Positions 1-14,554 are shown, numbered from the stretch's first letter. The stretch is DNA of 64,000 bases from Eledone cirrhosa (GCA_964016885.1 OZ024744.1:95542001-95606000); one strand, 5' to 3'. Notes: generated by a model not told the origin, from the letters alone. Translations and numbers: made by a program.

Positions 1-829
1 AATGAGTTAAATAATCAGAATATTTCTTTCAATAGTTATTTGATCATCATCGTAGTTTAACGTCTATTTTTATGTTTCATTGGTATGGGTAAGATGGGCT
101 GTCACGATATGAGGCTAGATAGGTCATACACTCGATTTTATAGTTTAGTTTCCTATGACTGGATGCCCTTCCTAACGCCAACCACATTACAGAGTGAGTT
201 GGGAGCTTTTTTGTGGCACCGGTATGAGCATCTTACAGAGTGGACTGGGTGCTTATATATATATAAACCCATGCTAGCATGGAAGATAGACGTTAAACGA
301 TGATGATATATATATATATATATAATAAAATATATTTATATATTTTATTTCTACATTTATTCATGCATTTCTTGAATCAATTATTGTATCTTGAAACAGG
401 ACAAAATGTCACTGAATTGAACATATAATTTATGAACTAGTATAATAGCTGTGAAGCCACATGGCTTAGTGGTTGGGGTGTTGAACTCACAATCACAATG
501 TTGTGGGCTCGATTCCTAGTCCAGGCAGTGTGTTGAGCAAGAAAATCATTTCTCATTCCTTACCTAGAAGGTTAGTTAAACCTCCATAGATAGGTTTGAG
601 CTGTAACAGCAACCTGATATGACTGCGATGCTTGCATTGAATAACACAAGGAGGCCTAGTAAACACACACAGGAGTGAGCTGTAAGCCCATGATAGGACT
701 GGGACCGTATCACTAAAACATACAAGAAACCTTCTATTTGATGCAGCCTAGTAGCAGGTCAGTTAAACCTACATAGGTGTGAATTTAATTTCATTTTTCA
801 TGTATTCACTCTCTTCTCCCATTTATTCC

Positions 830-1150
830 TGGGAGGGTCATGGGAGCAGAGTTGTTAAACACGCCTTTCAACAGGTCCTTTCAGAAGTAACTGTCACCAA
901 TAGATCCAGCTGCATCCCTGAGTGAGACCAGCCGAGTTCATGGGTGTTATCCAACTATCTTGCTCTTCTGGTTGGTTTTGCCTGTAAACAATTCAACAAT
1001 TCTTTCCTGCGATATTCTAACCACATGTTTGTAGTATTGGAGCTGTGATCTCTTAATTTAGAGAAGTAGCAGCTCTACTTGGAGTGACATTATGTTCAAA
1101 GACCCTTTGGAAGAGCCCAATTTTGGCTACCTGTGTTCGCAATTGTATTA
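830..1150 (-). mobile_element. Decayed LINE 3'-end fragment, probably RTE; related copies at about 4020-4300 and 19380-19555
   Basis: The three loci share motifs such as GGGTCCTGTCAGAAGCAAC and ...CAGCCAAGCTCATGGATGTTATCCAAC. Confidence 0.5.
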
Positions 1151-1227
1151 TTTTGGTCACTACCCAAGATTCATGTTTGCTTGTTAATTAATTTTCCATT
1201 AAATATTTTTCTTCCTATTCATTGTAG

Positions 1228-1347
1228 TAACACTCCTAAAGATGTAGAAATGAAAGAAGATTCTTCAGATTGCGAAGAAGAAAAATCTCCCGGGGAGATT
1301 GGGGCCTCTTCGATAAAACAGGATATGGAATGGAACGAAAAAATGAG
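1228..1347 (+). CDS. Internal coding exon (120 bp) of an unidentified host gene
   Basis: Pyrimidine-rich tract and TGTAG acceptor ending 1227; donor AG|GTAATG at 1348; open frame NTPKDVEMKEDSSDCEEEKSPGEIGASSIKQDMEWNEKM. It ends 2 nt into a codon (AG), which the first base of the 4605 exon completes (AGA, Arg). Confidence 0.75.
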
Positions 1348-2442
1348 GTAATGAATTGTTGTATTTAAAAATAGTTAATTACCTCCTTTCATGACCATAT
1401 GCATTGCATTCCATTTCATTAATGAAGAATAGGTCAGCTGAATTTATTAAATGTTATGACATAACTATTACATTTGCCCTAGAATACATCACTGGATATT
1501 TGTGAATATTCTTTATAAAATTTTTCTTGAATACATTTTAGTGTAGAATTATGATAAACTTTAAACGTTAGTCTCAAGTGAGCAGCCAAATTTATTTCAT
1601 AAATGTTTAGTATTTTATTATCAAGCATTAATGGCCAAGAGTGGTACAGAAAATTAAGAGTTAATGCCTCACATTGATTACTTTTGATTATATGTATCCA
1701 TTCTATTTTTTTCCTTAGAATTTTGTACAAAAAGAGTAAAGCAACTCATGGTTCAACTTCACAGTGAGTATATTTATTTTATAATTTAATGTAGCTGTTA
1801 ATTTTAATAATATTTGCAAAGCTGTAATGTCTTAAATTCAGAATCAAGTTTAACTCTTTAATGATTTAGCAGAAAATATCTAAAAATCCATTTGTTTATA
1901 TCTTTACTAGTGGACAGAAAATTTTGTGAAAATTTACAGTAAACTAAAGTAAAGAGTACAGGGACCATCTTAAGGGATATGCCTTTAACAGAGCTGACTT
2001 GAATTAAGCATTAGGTTAGCATATTGCTAATCCTCTTTTGAAGTGATACTGCAAAAAAAAAAAAAAAAATTTATATTACTTACAAAAAAAAAAAAAAAAT
2101 ACATGCATACAGTACACTATGTAAAGTAATAGAGGTAGTGCCATGAAAAAATGCACTCAATACACCCAGTAAGATGGTTGGTGTTAGGAAAGGCATCCAG
2201 CCATATAAACCATGCCAAATATGGAATATATGAGCAAAATAGAGGCTGCAACAACCTGTCCAACCTTGCCAATGTGAAAAGCAGGGGTAAAATAGCCATG
2301 ATGTGATACTTAAAATCTATAAGCAGGAGCCAGACAGTATTGTCCCTACAGCCGAGATATTTGGCACTTTAACGATTGAGTCCATCCAACTCAAAGAGGA
2401 AGCTACAAATAACAGCATCACCATACATATTTTACACAAATC

Positions 2443-3567
2443 TACTGTATATACTCAAATATAAGCCAACTCCCAATTTTATGTCTGAGAAATGGGTGGA
2501 AATCCAAACCCTGTTTATAAGCCAGAGCAACTAATCCACACATTGTTTAGATCAGGCATGTCAAACTGAGGGTTCCCTGAGGGCCACACAGGACAACTAA
2601 TTGCGTACATTGCAACAATTTTTTCTATTTTATATTACGAAGATAAAACATGCTCGAGCTTTAAAAACCTTTGTGTGGGCTGTGGGGTTTTGAAATTCTC
2701 ATGAGTATTTATGAAGTTATAATGTTTTGATGTTTAAAATGTTTTAAATGTCATTTATAGTAGAGGTCCCCTAACGACCAATCCACAGACCAGCACCAGT
2801 CTGGATCATTTGCTACCAGGCCACAAAGAAATAATTAACTTGTTTAAAATTATATTGATAAATTGAATATTGGACTTTAATTTAAAAAGATTTGCATGGG
2901 AGTCAAAAGATTATACACTTTTTCTTCCCTTTAATAAATTGCTCATTTTGTATTTGTTCTCATTATCGAAATGCACTTAAATAACACATATGTGCAACTA
3001 CCGTTCCGCGGACAGATTGTCCAGCATTTAGCTGGTCCGTGGTGTAAAAAGGGTTGGAGACCAGTGGTTTAGAGTGTAGTTTTTGTTTCACAACTCTGTT
3101 ACGTAATGAATTTATATTGCGTAAAGATTCAACAAGTTTCTTGAATTGCTGTTTACTTCCAGCCACTCACATGCTGGGAGTAGTTAAAAACAAGAGATCG
3201 AATACGAGGATTTTGTATAGGAATTTATAGAGTAAAAAATGGGAGGGAGGGAGAGGAGGCAGAGTGAGAGAAGGGCAAGACAGTGAGAGCAATTAAACGC
3301 AAGTCAAAAGTGTATGTGTATGGGATATTTATGTATTAAGAAACACAACTGCAAAAATTTTGTTGGAAATATTTTCAAGGGAATGCATAAATAACACTGG
3401 ATATTTCAGCACCTTATTGATGTAGAATTTGAAGTGGGTGAAAATCGTCAAAATATTGATCATTGAATATAAGCCAAGCCCTCATTTTACCATTGTTTGT
3501 ATTTTTTGGTTCTTTTGTTTGGTTGTTTTTTTTTCCCATCACATATTTATATTTGAGTATATATGAT
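2443..3567. mobile_element. Decayed Tc1/mariner (Tc2/pogo-like) non-autonomous element with nested insertions
   Basis: Left end TACTGTATATACTCAAATATAAG and right end TTATATTTGAGTATATATGATA are imperfect inverted repeats in a TA context. Confidence 0.5.
2761..3066. mobile_element. hAT-like MITE
   Basis: Ends TAGAGGTCCCCTAAC and GGTTGGAGACCAGTG resemble hAT TIRs; flanks ATTTATAG / GTTTAGAG match 6 of 8, consistent with a decayed 8-bp TSD. Confidence 0.55.
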
Positions 3568-4604
3568 AATTCTCAGGGAGACTTGGCATGACACGGAATC
3601 ACAGATACAGTCTATCCGACAAACCTCCAGACAGTTTCCATCTATCCAACTTCATTCAATAAGGCAAGGTTTATATATTCCTTGGTTTATATACAAGTAT
3701 ATACAGTAAATCTCAGGGAAACTCAGCATGGCACTGTGTGTGACAAGGCTAGCACCTTGAATTACTGATACAGTTCATATGACAAACCTCCAGACAGTTT
3801 CCATCCATCTATCTAACTTCCACTCACCACAAGGCAAGGCTTATATATGTCTACAGTAATTAATTTGGCTGCAAGTAGCAGCATTGCCATGCACTTTTGA
3901 CACTCATCTAAATAATTGAAAGTATGTGGTTTAATCCCTCGCACAGGAAATGCTACCAACCTTTATGCCACATCCTATATAAAGGAGATTTGTATCTCTT
4001 CTTCTTCACCCACTTATACCAGAGAGGGTCGTGGGGGCAGTCCTCAAACACTCTTTCTAGCGGGTCCTGTCATAAGCAACCATCTTCAACTAATCCAGTT
4101 GGATCCCCCAAGTGAAATCAGCCAAGCTCATGGATGTTATCCAACCATCTTGCTTGGGATCTACCCCTGGGTCTCCTGCCAGTTGGTTTTACCCATAAAA
4201 TCTGTCCAGCAATTCTTTCCCAAGACATTCTAACCACATGCACATAGTATCGGAGCTGTGCTCTCTCAATTCAGAGAAGTAGCGGCTCAACCTACGAGAT
4301 TTGTACCTCGACTACTTCATTATTTAGAAACGATTGAACCTCTGAACGTTAGTGATTTACAAAGGATTAACTTTTTAGAATAAGTTGATACACTTTAGGA
4401 AATAGGTAGCATTCCTAGTTTTGGTTTAGAATTCTAAACTGTAAAATAATCAATTTAATTACAGCAGTTATATAGAAACCAAGAAAATAGAAGAACCAAA
4501 ATAAATATGGTTTTCATTAACAAATTTAATTCTAACGAGTGTTTGAGATTACTTCTGATTTCCCCCTCTCTCTTTTTTTTTTTTTTTTTTTCTGTATTCT
4601 TCAG

Positions 4605-5910
4605 AATAAAACCAAACAAGGTTATGTGTAGATCTCAGGATATTTCTACTGGAACTGCAATCGCTGGCTCACATTCCAACAGTAGCCCAACTTTACAAAC
4701 AGATACTTTGATAGCTTGCCAACAAAATGCAAAGGCAGATGTGACACCTATTTTGACTACTCTAGCCAATGAAATGATGGATCATTCACCCACACCTTCT
4801 GAAAGAATTGAAGATAAAAGTCTGTGGAATGTGTTAGACATAAACTATACTGACGTTGATCACCGTTCTTCTGTTGAAGAGAATGCTCCTGATTCAGGTC
4901 AGAAATCACACACTACGTCTAGTGCTCTTCATAAGTCTTCACAAGAAGAGAGCTTTGCGAAGGGAGAAAGATTAAACCCAGCTGAATCCAGTAAGTCAGT
5001 TCATGAAGTTTCTGTTAATATAAACACCAGTTCTGGGTCTTCATTATTATCAATCTCCAGTTCTTCACATACACCTTCTCATGTGAATGCAACTCATGGT
5101 TCATCATTCTCTAATCAGAATACATCTCCTCAAATAAGTCCCACCATGCCTTCTGTGAAGGTCAACTATTCTCAACACAGTCCAACCACAACTCTTTCCA
5201 TTAAGAATCATCAACATAGCACTTCTACTTCTTCATCACAACCACTAGGGCACACTTCAAGTGGTAAACAACCTGGTGGCGAACAACAGAAACTTCCTTC
5301 TCAAATAGGAAATATTCTCTCTAAGACAGGAAATGTACATTCTAAATCTATTCAGCAACAGCAATCTTCACCTACTGGAGTTGTTACTGGTGATTCTCAG
5401 AATTATCATGGCTGTGTTGACTCCATGTCAGTAATGGTTGATTCTTCCCAACATCAACAGCACAATGGACAAACAGCATCTAACACAAACTCTAAACCTC
5501 AACAGGTTTCATCCATGATAACTTCTACATATCCTAATGTGAAATCTAAAGATTCTTCCCAACCTAATGTACAGAATAAACTGATTATTAACATGGCAAG
5601 TAAGATGTTAAAGACAGCTAGTGTTAAAACAAGTAGCAAAAAAGACACGCCATCGCTGGCAACAGGTAGCTCTGAGAAATCTACGAATTCTGATACTAAA
5701 TCTGCTCAGTTCTCCAAAGATGATAGCAAGAATACATATTTGGCTGAGTTTCAACGCTATGCTGCTTCATGTTTAGTTTCTAAGAGTGGTGCACCGGCAC
5801 CAAAAGGGAAAACACAGCCAATATCGTCTGCGTCTGCGCCTTCACTGTCATCTCCAGCTTCAAAGACTATTGATGAAAGATGTCAGGTACAACAACAACA
5901 ACAGCAGCAA

Positions 5911-5942
<32 letters not shown>

Positions 5943-7443
5943 CAGGAATACAAATCAATTACCCCATTCCTTAACTTCAACCCCCCCTGGCAAAATTGAT
6001 ACTACACCCACACAACAACAACAGCAACAACAACGTACTCTGCATCATACTCATTCTCAGCAGCAGTCCTCATTGCAACATCAAAAACAACAGCAGCAGC
6101 AACAACAACAACATCAAAAACTTCATCAACAACAAAATGTGGTCCATGGGATGTCACAAAGCGTAGGTCACTCACATTCAAATAAATCTCATTTGAGCTC
6201 GCATACTTCAAAACCTTGGCGGCAACAACAGCAGCAGCAACAGTCTTCCCAGCAACACCACAATCGCCATCAACAGCAGCAGCAGCAGCATCAGCAAAAG
6301 TCATATTCTTCACTTGTGTCGAGTAAACAGTTAACAACTTCATCTCAGGTTGTGAATCCCACAAACTGTCAAACTTCTCAACAGCAACAGCAAAATCACT
6401 CCAAAATACTTTCAACAGCTCTGCAGTTTCAAACATCGCAACAACAACAAACAGCATCTAGAGCCATTTCTCCACAAACTAGTACAACTTCCCTCGTGAA
6501 AGCTGACTGTTCAAATAAACATCTGTCTTCTTCCCAGCCAAGTCCAGTGGTCTCAGCCCCTCGCCATTCCCAACCACGCCACTCATCTAATGCTGTTACA
6601 GGTTCCAGTTCTTGTAATAAGTCTGTCAGTAATTCATCATCTTCACAAAGGACAAACATTCACTCTTTGTATTCAACATCTTCCCACTCTCCACAGTCTT
6701 CTTCATTAAAACAACAACAACAGCAGCAGCAGTCTAAATCTCAGTGTCACATTTCTTCAGAAAAGATTCTAACAGTATCAACAGCGACACATCCCACTTT
6801 ATCTTCTTCTACTTCTTCTTCTTCAGGATCTATGTATAAACTCCCGACAACAAATATTACTAGCTCTGCTGGCACTGTCCCCACACAATCTTCCTCTTCT
6901 TCCTCTACACATACAGCTGCACCAGTCTCACAGCATCAGCAAAATGTGGTCCGTTCCCCACAGGGTCAAAATCTGCATCATCAGCGTACTGCTATACTAC
7001 CTATACACGTGATGGGCTCTCAGGTTAAGAGTAGTAGTAGTAGTAACAGTTGTAATACAAGTAGTGGTACTACAGCAACTACTACCACTTCCGCCAATGC
7101 TGCATCAGTGTCCGCATCTCAGGGAAAGTCCTCTGCTTGTTCTTCGTGGAACCTCAGCGGAAGCAATCCTCAAACATCTGCAACTCCTGTAGCTGTTTCT
7201 ACAGTGGCTTCTGCTTCAGCTTCCTCTAGTAGCAACAGAACTTCAAGTCCTGTATTTAACTCTACATCTTATTTACAGCAGCAGCTCAGCGGTGGTTCAC
7301 ATTCACAGCTGAAGCAGCAGCAGCAGGTACAGCACGGGTCTGTATCCAGTAATAGGGTATCTTCCGCAGCCACCACTTACACACGGACTGGGTCTGGCCA
7401 TAACCAGGAGAATTTACAACCTCACTCAGGAAGTATCAAGTAA
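4605..7443 (+). CDS. Large terminal coding exon: Ser/Gln/His/Thr-rich, probably disordered C-terminus with polyQ tracts
   Basis: About 2.8 kb stop-free frame in AT-rich DNA; strong poly-T tract and TTCAG acceptor ending 4604; mixed CAA/CAG polyQ; TAA at 7441-7443. The ORF-track start at 4507 reads through intronic poly-T (FFFFFF), so it is not the true start. No recognisable domain. Confidence 0.85.
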
Positions 7444-7517
7444 ATCAAGACAGCATCAGACACTCTAAAAGTGAGTGAATCAAAAAATTTATTATCAGAA
7501 AGATAATGCTAATTAAT

Positions 7518-7548
<31 letters not shown>

Positions 7549-8003
7549 TTTGTTAGTTGACTGCTTTTCTCTGGCCCTCTCCTTACATCCCGAAGAAAAC
7601 ACAAACATGTTTAACAAAACATTGAAAAATAATGCAGATTAAAAAAAAAATTAATAATAATAATAATAATAATAATGAAATAAAAAAAAAAAAAACAACA
7701 AACAAACAAACCTTTGTAGGTTTTTAACTGTCATATAAATATTTCTTTCCACATAACTTACATTTTGTCTTATATATGTTTTCTCTGTTAGTACTTATAT
7801 GACTATCAGATTTCTTCATCAGCATAGTCACTGCCACTCACTCCTCCACATTTGTTCATTATTTACGATATCACTGTTGCTGCCATTAACACCATCACCA
7901 CAGCCACCACCACCACCACCACCATTACTGTTCACTGTTTTTGAATCCTGTCATGTTAAAATTTACTACCACTGTTTTCTTTTATTTTTTTTCTTTATTA
8001 TTA

Positions 8004-8035
<32 letters not shown>

Positions 8036-8048
8036 GTTGTTATTATTA

Positions 8049-8275
8049 GGCAGTGGATTGGCAGTAACGGTAGAGCGTCGGACACCCTGCTTTGCAGCAT
8101 AGAGTTACGGCCCTTTACGTTCTGAATTCAGATCACGCCGAGATTAGCTTTGCCTTTCATCCTTACTGAGGTCGATAAAATAAAGTGCCAGTCATACACT
8201 GGTGTCGATTTAATCGACTCCCCCACCCCTTCCCCCAGGATTTGTTGGCCTTGTGCCCAAATCAGAAACCATTAT
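8049..8275 (+). mobile_element. tRNA-derived SINE family A with (ATT)n tail
   Basis: A-box-like TGGCAGTAACGG, B-box-like GAATTCAGATC, core TTTGCCTTTCATCCTTAC...GGTCGATAAAATAAAGT, 3' end GGCCTTGTGCCCAAATCAGAAACC; (ATT)n on both sides. Other copies near 18570, 21549, 21744, 33185 (+) and 16350-16635, 39685-39800, 45575-45740 (-). Confidence 0.85.
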
Positions 8276-9276
8276 TAATATTATTATTATTATTATTATT
8301 ATTTTCATTTGTATAGACCAGATTGTTTACTTTCCCCCTTCCCCCCCCCATCCCTCTCCCCTCCATCCCCGTAACGTGCAACAGTTTAAGCTGAGAATCA
8401 TCGAGTAGATCTCTTATTTTATTTCACTGTACCCCACCAACACCCTGTGTCTTTGGACTTCTTTCTTACTTTCTTTCTTTCTCTCACGGTGCAGAATTAT
8501 TAAAAAATAATAATTAATAAAACAACTTTTCCATTGAGTACTGTTTTGGTTGGTGACTTACTTGTAGACATGAGACTCTCTCAGCTCTTGTATTATTTTC
8601 ACTTTTCCGGCCATATCTAAATTTAGTTGGTTTTATTATATTTTTTTTTTATTTATTTTTCTTGTATCTTCACAAACTATACAGGTTTATTATGTGTATA
8701 TAGGCATCTCAATTTATGTTTGTGAGTGTACGTACATTTGTGTGTGTGTGTGTGTGTGCGTGTTTTTATGTGCATAAGAATATGGTTTCTGATTTAGCCA
8801 AACAGTATTTTTATGTACATACATACACACACTCACACACACACTTAGAGGCACGCTCATGCTCCATTAAGACATGTTCATAAACATACATGTTTGAATC
8901 AATATCAGCAAGGTAGCGTATTTAATTGTACATACAGATGTCTGTATGTGTAAAAAATTGTTGAATTAAGGATTTTTTTTAAATATTTTTTTTAATTATT
9001 ATTCATGCTATATCTAAACCTAAGGTATATTTACTTGTACTTCTTCTGTCTAATTGATTTCCTTTCTTTTTATTTTTTTATCTTTTTCTGGTAACCTTTA
9101 AATGTAGATTTGCAAATAAAATCAAAAAGTTCTGTTTGAGAATTTTTTACCAACTATTTTTGGGAAAAAATTTTAATGGGTAAAAATTCTATTTATATGG
9201 GATGAGATGAGATAGTAAATAAAAAATATTTAAACTTTGAATTAAAAATAAAGTTATAAGTGCAGATTGACCTATA

Positions 9277-9308
<32 letters not shown>

Positions 9309-9967
9309 TTAGAATTGGTATCTGGGTGGCAGTTGAAAATACACCATTGATGAAGTAGTATAGATAGACAAAAGAGGCCGATAGTCTGGAAATCCCAAAT
9401 TATTGTAGCAAAATTATTAGTTAAGGTATCTTAATTTAACTATTATTTTACATACATGCAGCTATGTATAATGTTGATTTTGTTGGTGTTTAATTTCAAG
9501 TAAAATTATTCCTCTCTCACTCTCCATTTTCTCAAGTAAATAAAGCATGGATAATAGCAAGTTACTTAATGAGACAGTAGCATGGGCTTAGAGGGTAATA
9601 CACTCTGACAGTTCTTTTCATTTTCCTTTAAGTGTTCATTTTCAGGTTTGCAATAAAGATTTATCCAAGTTTTCGAGTAATGATTTAATGGTTTATTTTA
9701 TTTATTATTTTTTTTCTATGTTATTTAGAGTTTGAACTAAAACTGTCTTTTTATTTTGTGGAATATAACAACAAAGTATTATAGTGTTTAAAATAGAATG
9801 AGAAATCTGATTTATGAAAAACACATTAATAAAAGCAATCGTAGCTTAAATGGTCTGATTAATGAATTTAAACCTAGTAATAAATTATCTCAGAAATATA
9901 AACATGCAAGAAGAATTCTTTAAGAATATAAGTACATACTAATTATAAAGTTTCTAAAAATCTCGTT

Positions 9968-10348
9968 GGTATACATGAGAAAGCTCATTGCTAGAATAGC
10001 CGTTAAAACAGTTAAATGCTGTCAACGACAGCAATGGGCAAAAATGCATCAGGACAGACCAGTGGTCAACAGAGAGACAATTGACAAGGCGGGTGACAAG
10101 CAGATGAAATGTTGAAAAGATTGAAAGAGGAAAAGGACAAGTGTTTTGGTACACAAGTGACTGGACAAGTTTCCACACACACACACCTTCACCATCATCA
10201 CCTCTCAAACCTGCAAAATGGTTTGGATTGTCTCTCTGTTGGCTACTGGTTTCTGTCCTCTGAGGTATTTTTGCTCATTGCTGTCTTTGACAATATTTAG
10301 CTGTTTTAATGGCTGTTCTAGCAATGAGTTTTCTCATTTTTATATGTA
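9968..10348. mobile_element. MITE with long (about 110 bp) imperfect TIRs; second copy at about 32368-32840
   Basis: ATGAGAAAGCTCATTGCTAGAATAGCCGTTAAAACAG is mirrored by CTGTTTTAATGGCTGTTCTAGCAATGAGTTTTCTCAT; TA-rich flanks. Confidence 0.75.
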
Positions 10349-10684
10349 TTCAAATACATTCTTGCTTCGTCTTGATCAGAGACATGGTTTGTTTTTTTCA
10401 TTTAAATCTAGTTAGCAATTAATGAGCTACTTTAAAAAGTAAATAAGGTAGATTTAATTTCTCAAATCTCTTGAAATATTGTCATTTTTTTTTTTTTAAT
10501 TGCGTTATTCCTTATTTCGTTATTCTTTATTTTGTTAACAAATAAATATAAGTATAAATAAAGGATTTGTTAAATAATAAAATAAATGAATAAATAAAAG
10601 GCTTTTCTTCCTTTTTTTTTTTCCCCCCCTTTCATACAATTATTTTAAAAGAGCCTAAAAATTCTTACCATGTTAAATTCTGAT

Positions 10685-10717
<33 letters not shown>

Positions 10718-11394
10718 TTTTCTTTTTTCTTTTGGAGGTTAGATCATCTTATGCCTTCTACATTATTAAAATATTTTTCCTTGCCTAATATTTGCTTATA
10801 CCCCTCCCCCCCAACAGACTTTTTTATTTCTTTAGTTTCTTTCTTTGGGCCCCCCTTTTTCCTTTATATATATATATATATAAAGAACTTATTTCAGAAT
10901 ACAATTTTATAGAAATTGAAGAATGTCTTATTTTGCATGGGATTTTTTTTTTTTTTTTTTCGTTTCCAGTACCAAACTGCCTTCTAATTGCATGTATAAG
11001 ACATAGAGGTGTTTGTTTTATCAATATCAATATGTCAGAAAAGATCTCAAAATGTCCTCTTTGGCGTGTAATTTGATTTCTGGCAGGAACCAAGGGGAAA
11101 ATATCAAATATGTAATTGTATCATGGTAATTATTTTTTTTAAGAACTTTAATTTTGAATTGAAGCTTGTTTTATAAAAAAAAAAAAAAATAAAATCATGT
11201 TTACCTTAATTTTGTTGTACAATTTACTTGGTCATTTTTCTTAATCTCGTTAGGCTCATATCTGTTATAGGTTTAAGTTTTGCAAGAAAGTGTCTTTAAA
11301 AGAATTTTTTCTTTTTTTCATCTTCTAAATCTAATTTGCAATAGTTTTCTTTATTTTCAGTTATATTGCTTTTCTGCATGACCTTATTGTTACA

Positions 11395-11428
<34 letters not shown>

Positions 11429-12663
11429 AATTAAATGTTTGTTTTTATATATTTGAAAATGAATTGCAAATTTTCTCAATACAATGGATGTACACGTTTT
11501 AAAGAAAGTGGTGTTGGTTACCTACATTAAGGCACATTGACAATTGGGTTTTGGGTATTGGACCCATGATGATATCATGACGTCGATGGGGTTTGATTCC
11601 TGTCCCAGGTGGGGTGTTCTTGAGCTAAATACTATATTTCCTGTTGATACTTCTGCGACTGACAGAGAGGCGTTAATCGATGAGGATGATACTAACTTCC
11701 ACATTTCTGGCTGGTTTTCTACTGCTCGATGCCCTTCCTAACGCCTATCAGCTATGTAAATATAGTTTCCTTGGTCTGATCTGATAATTGACACTTTTCT
11801 CCTTTATCTAAAAATGAAATGTAGTGAAGGTACATAACATCCAAGATTGTTGTTAATAGATTGAACTTTAAATCCAATGAGAAAGCCAGAAATTTTATTT
11901 CCGGGGAGAACAGGTTAACCAGTTCTCTATAGAAGTATGGTTTTTATAATAGTTTAAGAAAATACCTTATTTCCCCACTTAGCACCTTGTACCAAATATA
12001 ATTTGTCTATATGTCTGGCTGGCTAATTAGCTATGTCTTCTGTTTAAAACAAAGTCTTATCAGGACAAGTAGCAATCTGACTTCTCTTTTGAAAAGTTTG
12101 AGCACCTCTGTTGTAGATGGTCTGAAGGTGTTGATTAACTCTAAACATCAACATTCTGTGGATAGACCAGTAAATGCAATTAATAACAGACATTGTCATT
12201 CATACATCACAAACATTTTCAAAAACAAAATATTCTTATCAGATCTTAATTCATCAATTAATCCTTTTGGTACCAACTTGCCTCAAACCAGCTCTGCTTC
12301 TATGAAACCAAACCACACATTTGTTAAGGGTTCCTATTTAAATTATAATCTCCCAACATAACTTTATATAAGAACAATATGTTAAGTTGCTGTCTTAGTA
12401 ATGAAATAATTAATAGATTTAGTAAATCTTTCAAAATTCTTCATCAACCCTTTATCATTTAAACCCTGTATCCAGCCAGAATTCTTTTACTGTTCAATCT
12501 GGTCATAACTGGCCAGTTATACCAAATAAAAAATAACAAACAAATTGAAACTGCACAGTTATTTTCTTATCCTTTTGTGGTGCTGACACTTTCGCTAAAC
12601 CCCTAGAGTTTCTACAGCAAGACCATATATGATTTAACCCATAACCTGTTCAGATTTAGCACA

Positions 12664-12990
12664 TATTATCTCTTATCACCTTGTAATGACTAAGCAGAAA
12701 ATATCTAAAAACAGGTTTGTTAATTCAAATGTTTATAGTATCTTCACTGGCATACAGATTGTTGTGAAAATTTGCAGTATTATCTCTTTAACATCCTGTA
12801 ATGATTTAGCAGATACCTAAAAATAGGTTTAATTCAAATGTTTATAGTGTCTTTACTAGTGAAGAGATTGTAAAAATTTGCAGTATTATCTCTTAACATC
12901 CTATAAGGATTTAGCAGATATCTAAAAACAGATTTAATTTAAATGCCTATATCTTTACGAATAGACAGGTTATTGTGAAAATTTACTGAA
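12664..12990. repeat. Three diverged tandem copies of a unit of about 105-112 bp; single homolog at about 1850-1940
   Basis: Recurrent TATTATCTCT...TAATGATTTAGCAGA...CTAAAAA...GTGAAAATTT. Confidence 0.7.
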
Positions 12991-14044
12991 CTAGACTAGA
13001 CTTTAATATTTAAAGGGATTCAGTCATAGTGGGTGTTTTTGTACTTTTCAAGAATGTTTTGCTAATGTGATTTCATGTGGTACAGGACATTAAGTTTTGA
13101 GTTATAATGTGGCTAAAATAGTAATTTGTGAAACAGATTCAAAAGTCTAATTTTGCTTCAAGAATGCAGGTGTGACTGAGGATCATAGTAAAGGGTGGTG
13201 ATAATAGACAGGTATACCCTTAAATCTGTATACCTCAACATACTGAATTAACCCTTTAACATTTAAACCAGCTGTATCTGGCCAGAATTCTCTCACCTCT
13301 TTCTGTTCAATCTGGCCATAACTGTCAGGCATACCAATGTTAAGGTATTATTCTCTAAATAAATAACATCATAATCTCATAGATTCAATATTATGTGAGG
13401 TAAAGCCTTTACTGTGAAAATACAATAGTAAATATAGAGTTAAACAAAAATTATTGTTTATTCAAAGTAAATCAATTTATCAACTAAACATATAATGAAT
13501 AGAAATATCAATCAATCAATCAAAGAAAAAGAAAGTAGCATTGCAGAAGACTATAAATGAGAAGAGAAGGTAACAGACTTTACACATAAGTCAGAGTGGT
13601 GTTTCAGCTGCAGACAATGGCCAGCAACAGTCACCCCACCTCACAGGGCTCCTTCCTCAGACTGGCTCCTGTAATTCTGATTTTATGGAAGGGGGGGGGG
13701 GGCTGTACAGAAAGCCTGAAGTCTCAATGGTGACAAGTGTGATGGGCAAGCCTTAGTATTTGCCCATCTTCAAATACATAAAGAAATTACTGTCAACACA
13801 GTATCTTTTATTTGTTAACTCTTTTGATATGTAACTGGCTGAAACTGCTCTTTGATTCTACAGCTTACTACTGTTTATTTCGAAGTGTTTATCATCATTG
13901 TTTAATGTCCATTTTCCACACTTGCATGAGTTAGACAGGTTGTAACGTTATGAGACAAGCCATGTCCAGAGACCACGTGTTGCCCATATGAGTCTGTATT
14001 TTGACTTGGTTTCTACGACTGGATGCCCTTCTTAACTCCAATCA

Positions 14045-14520
14045 TCTATATATATATAAAACTGAGGATGTCTGTGTGTGAGTTTGAATCCCTAAAACTC
14101 GAGAAGCACCTAACTGCCTGTTTCCAAACTTTACACATGTAATACTTCTGTTTCAGGGAGTGTTCTGAGCAAAGAAAATTTCGAATTTTCAATGCCCTAG
14201 GGTCCGCATTAGGCGAATTAGCGATCTCTCTCTATAATTCTTAGTCTTTCTCTTTTTAGATAGATACATACATATAATGTCTGAGTTTAAATCCCTAAAA
14301 TTCGAGAAGTACCCAACCAACTTTTTTCAAACTTTATATGTGTATTACTTATGTTTCAGGGAGTGTTATGCACATTAAAAAATTCAACTTTTTGATCCCC
14401 TAGGTGAAAAACTGCGTTTTTTTTCAGGTTTTTAGGGGTTTTTTGAGGCGTTACGTCAGACTGATTTCCTTAGGTGAAAAACTTCATTGTTTCAGCTTTT
14501 TTGAGGTGTTATGTCTAGCC

Positions 14521-14554
<34 letters not shown>

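Noticed and set aside
4507-4604. ATG 4507 as the start of a single-exon 978-aa gene
   Set aside because: This segment is an intron end (poly-T tract and AG) and the phase matches the upstream exon.
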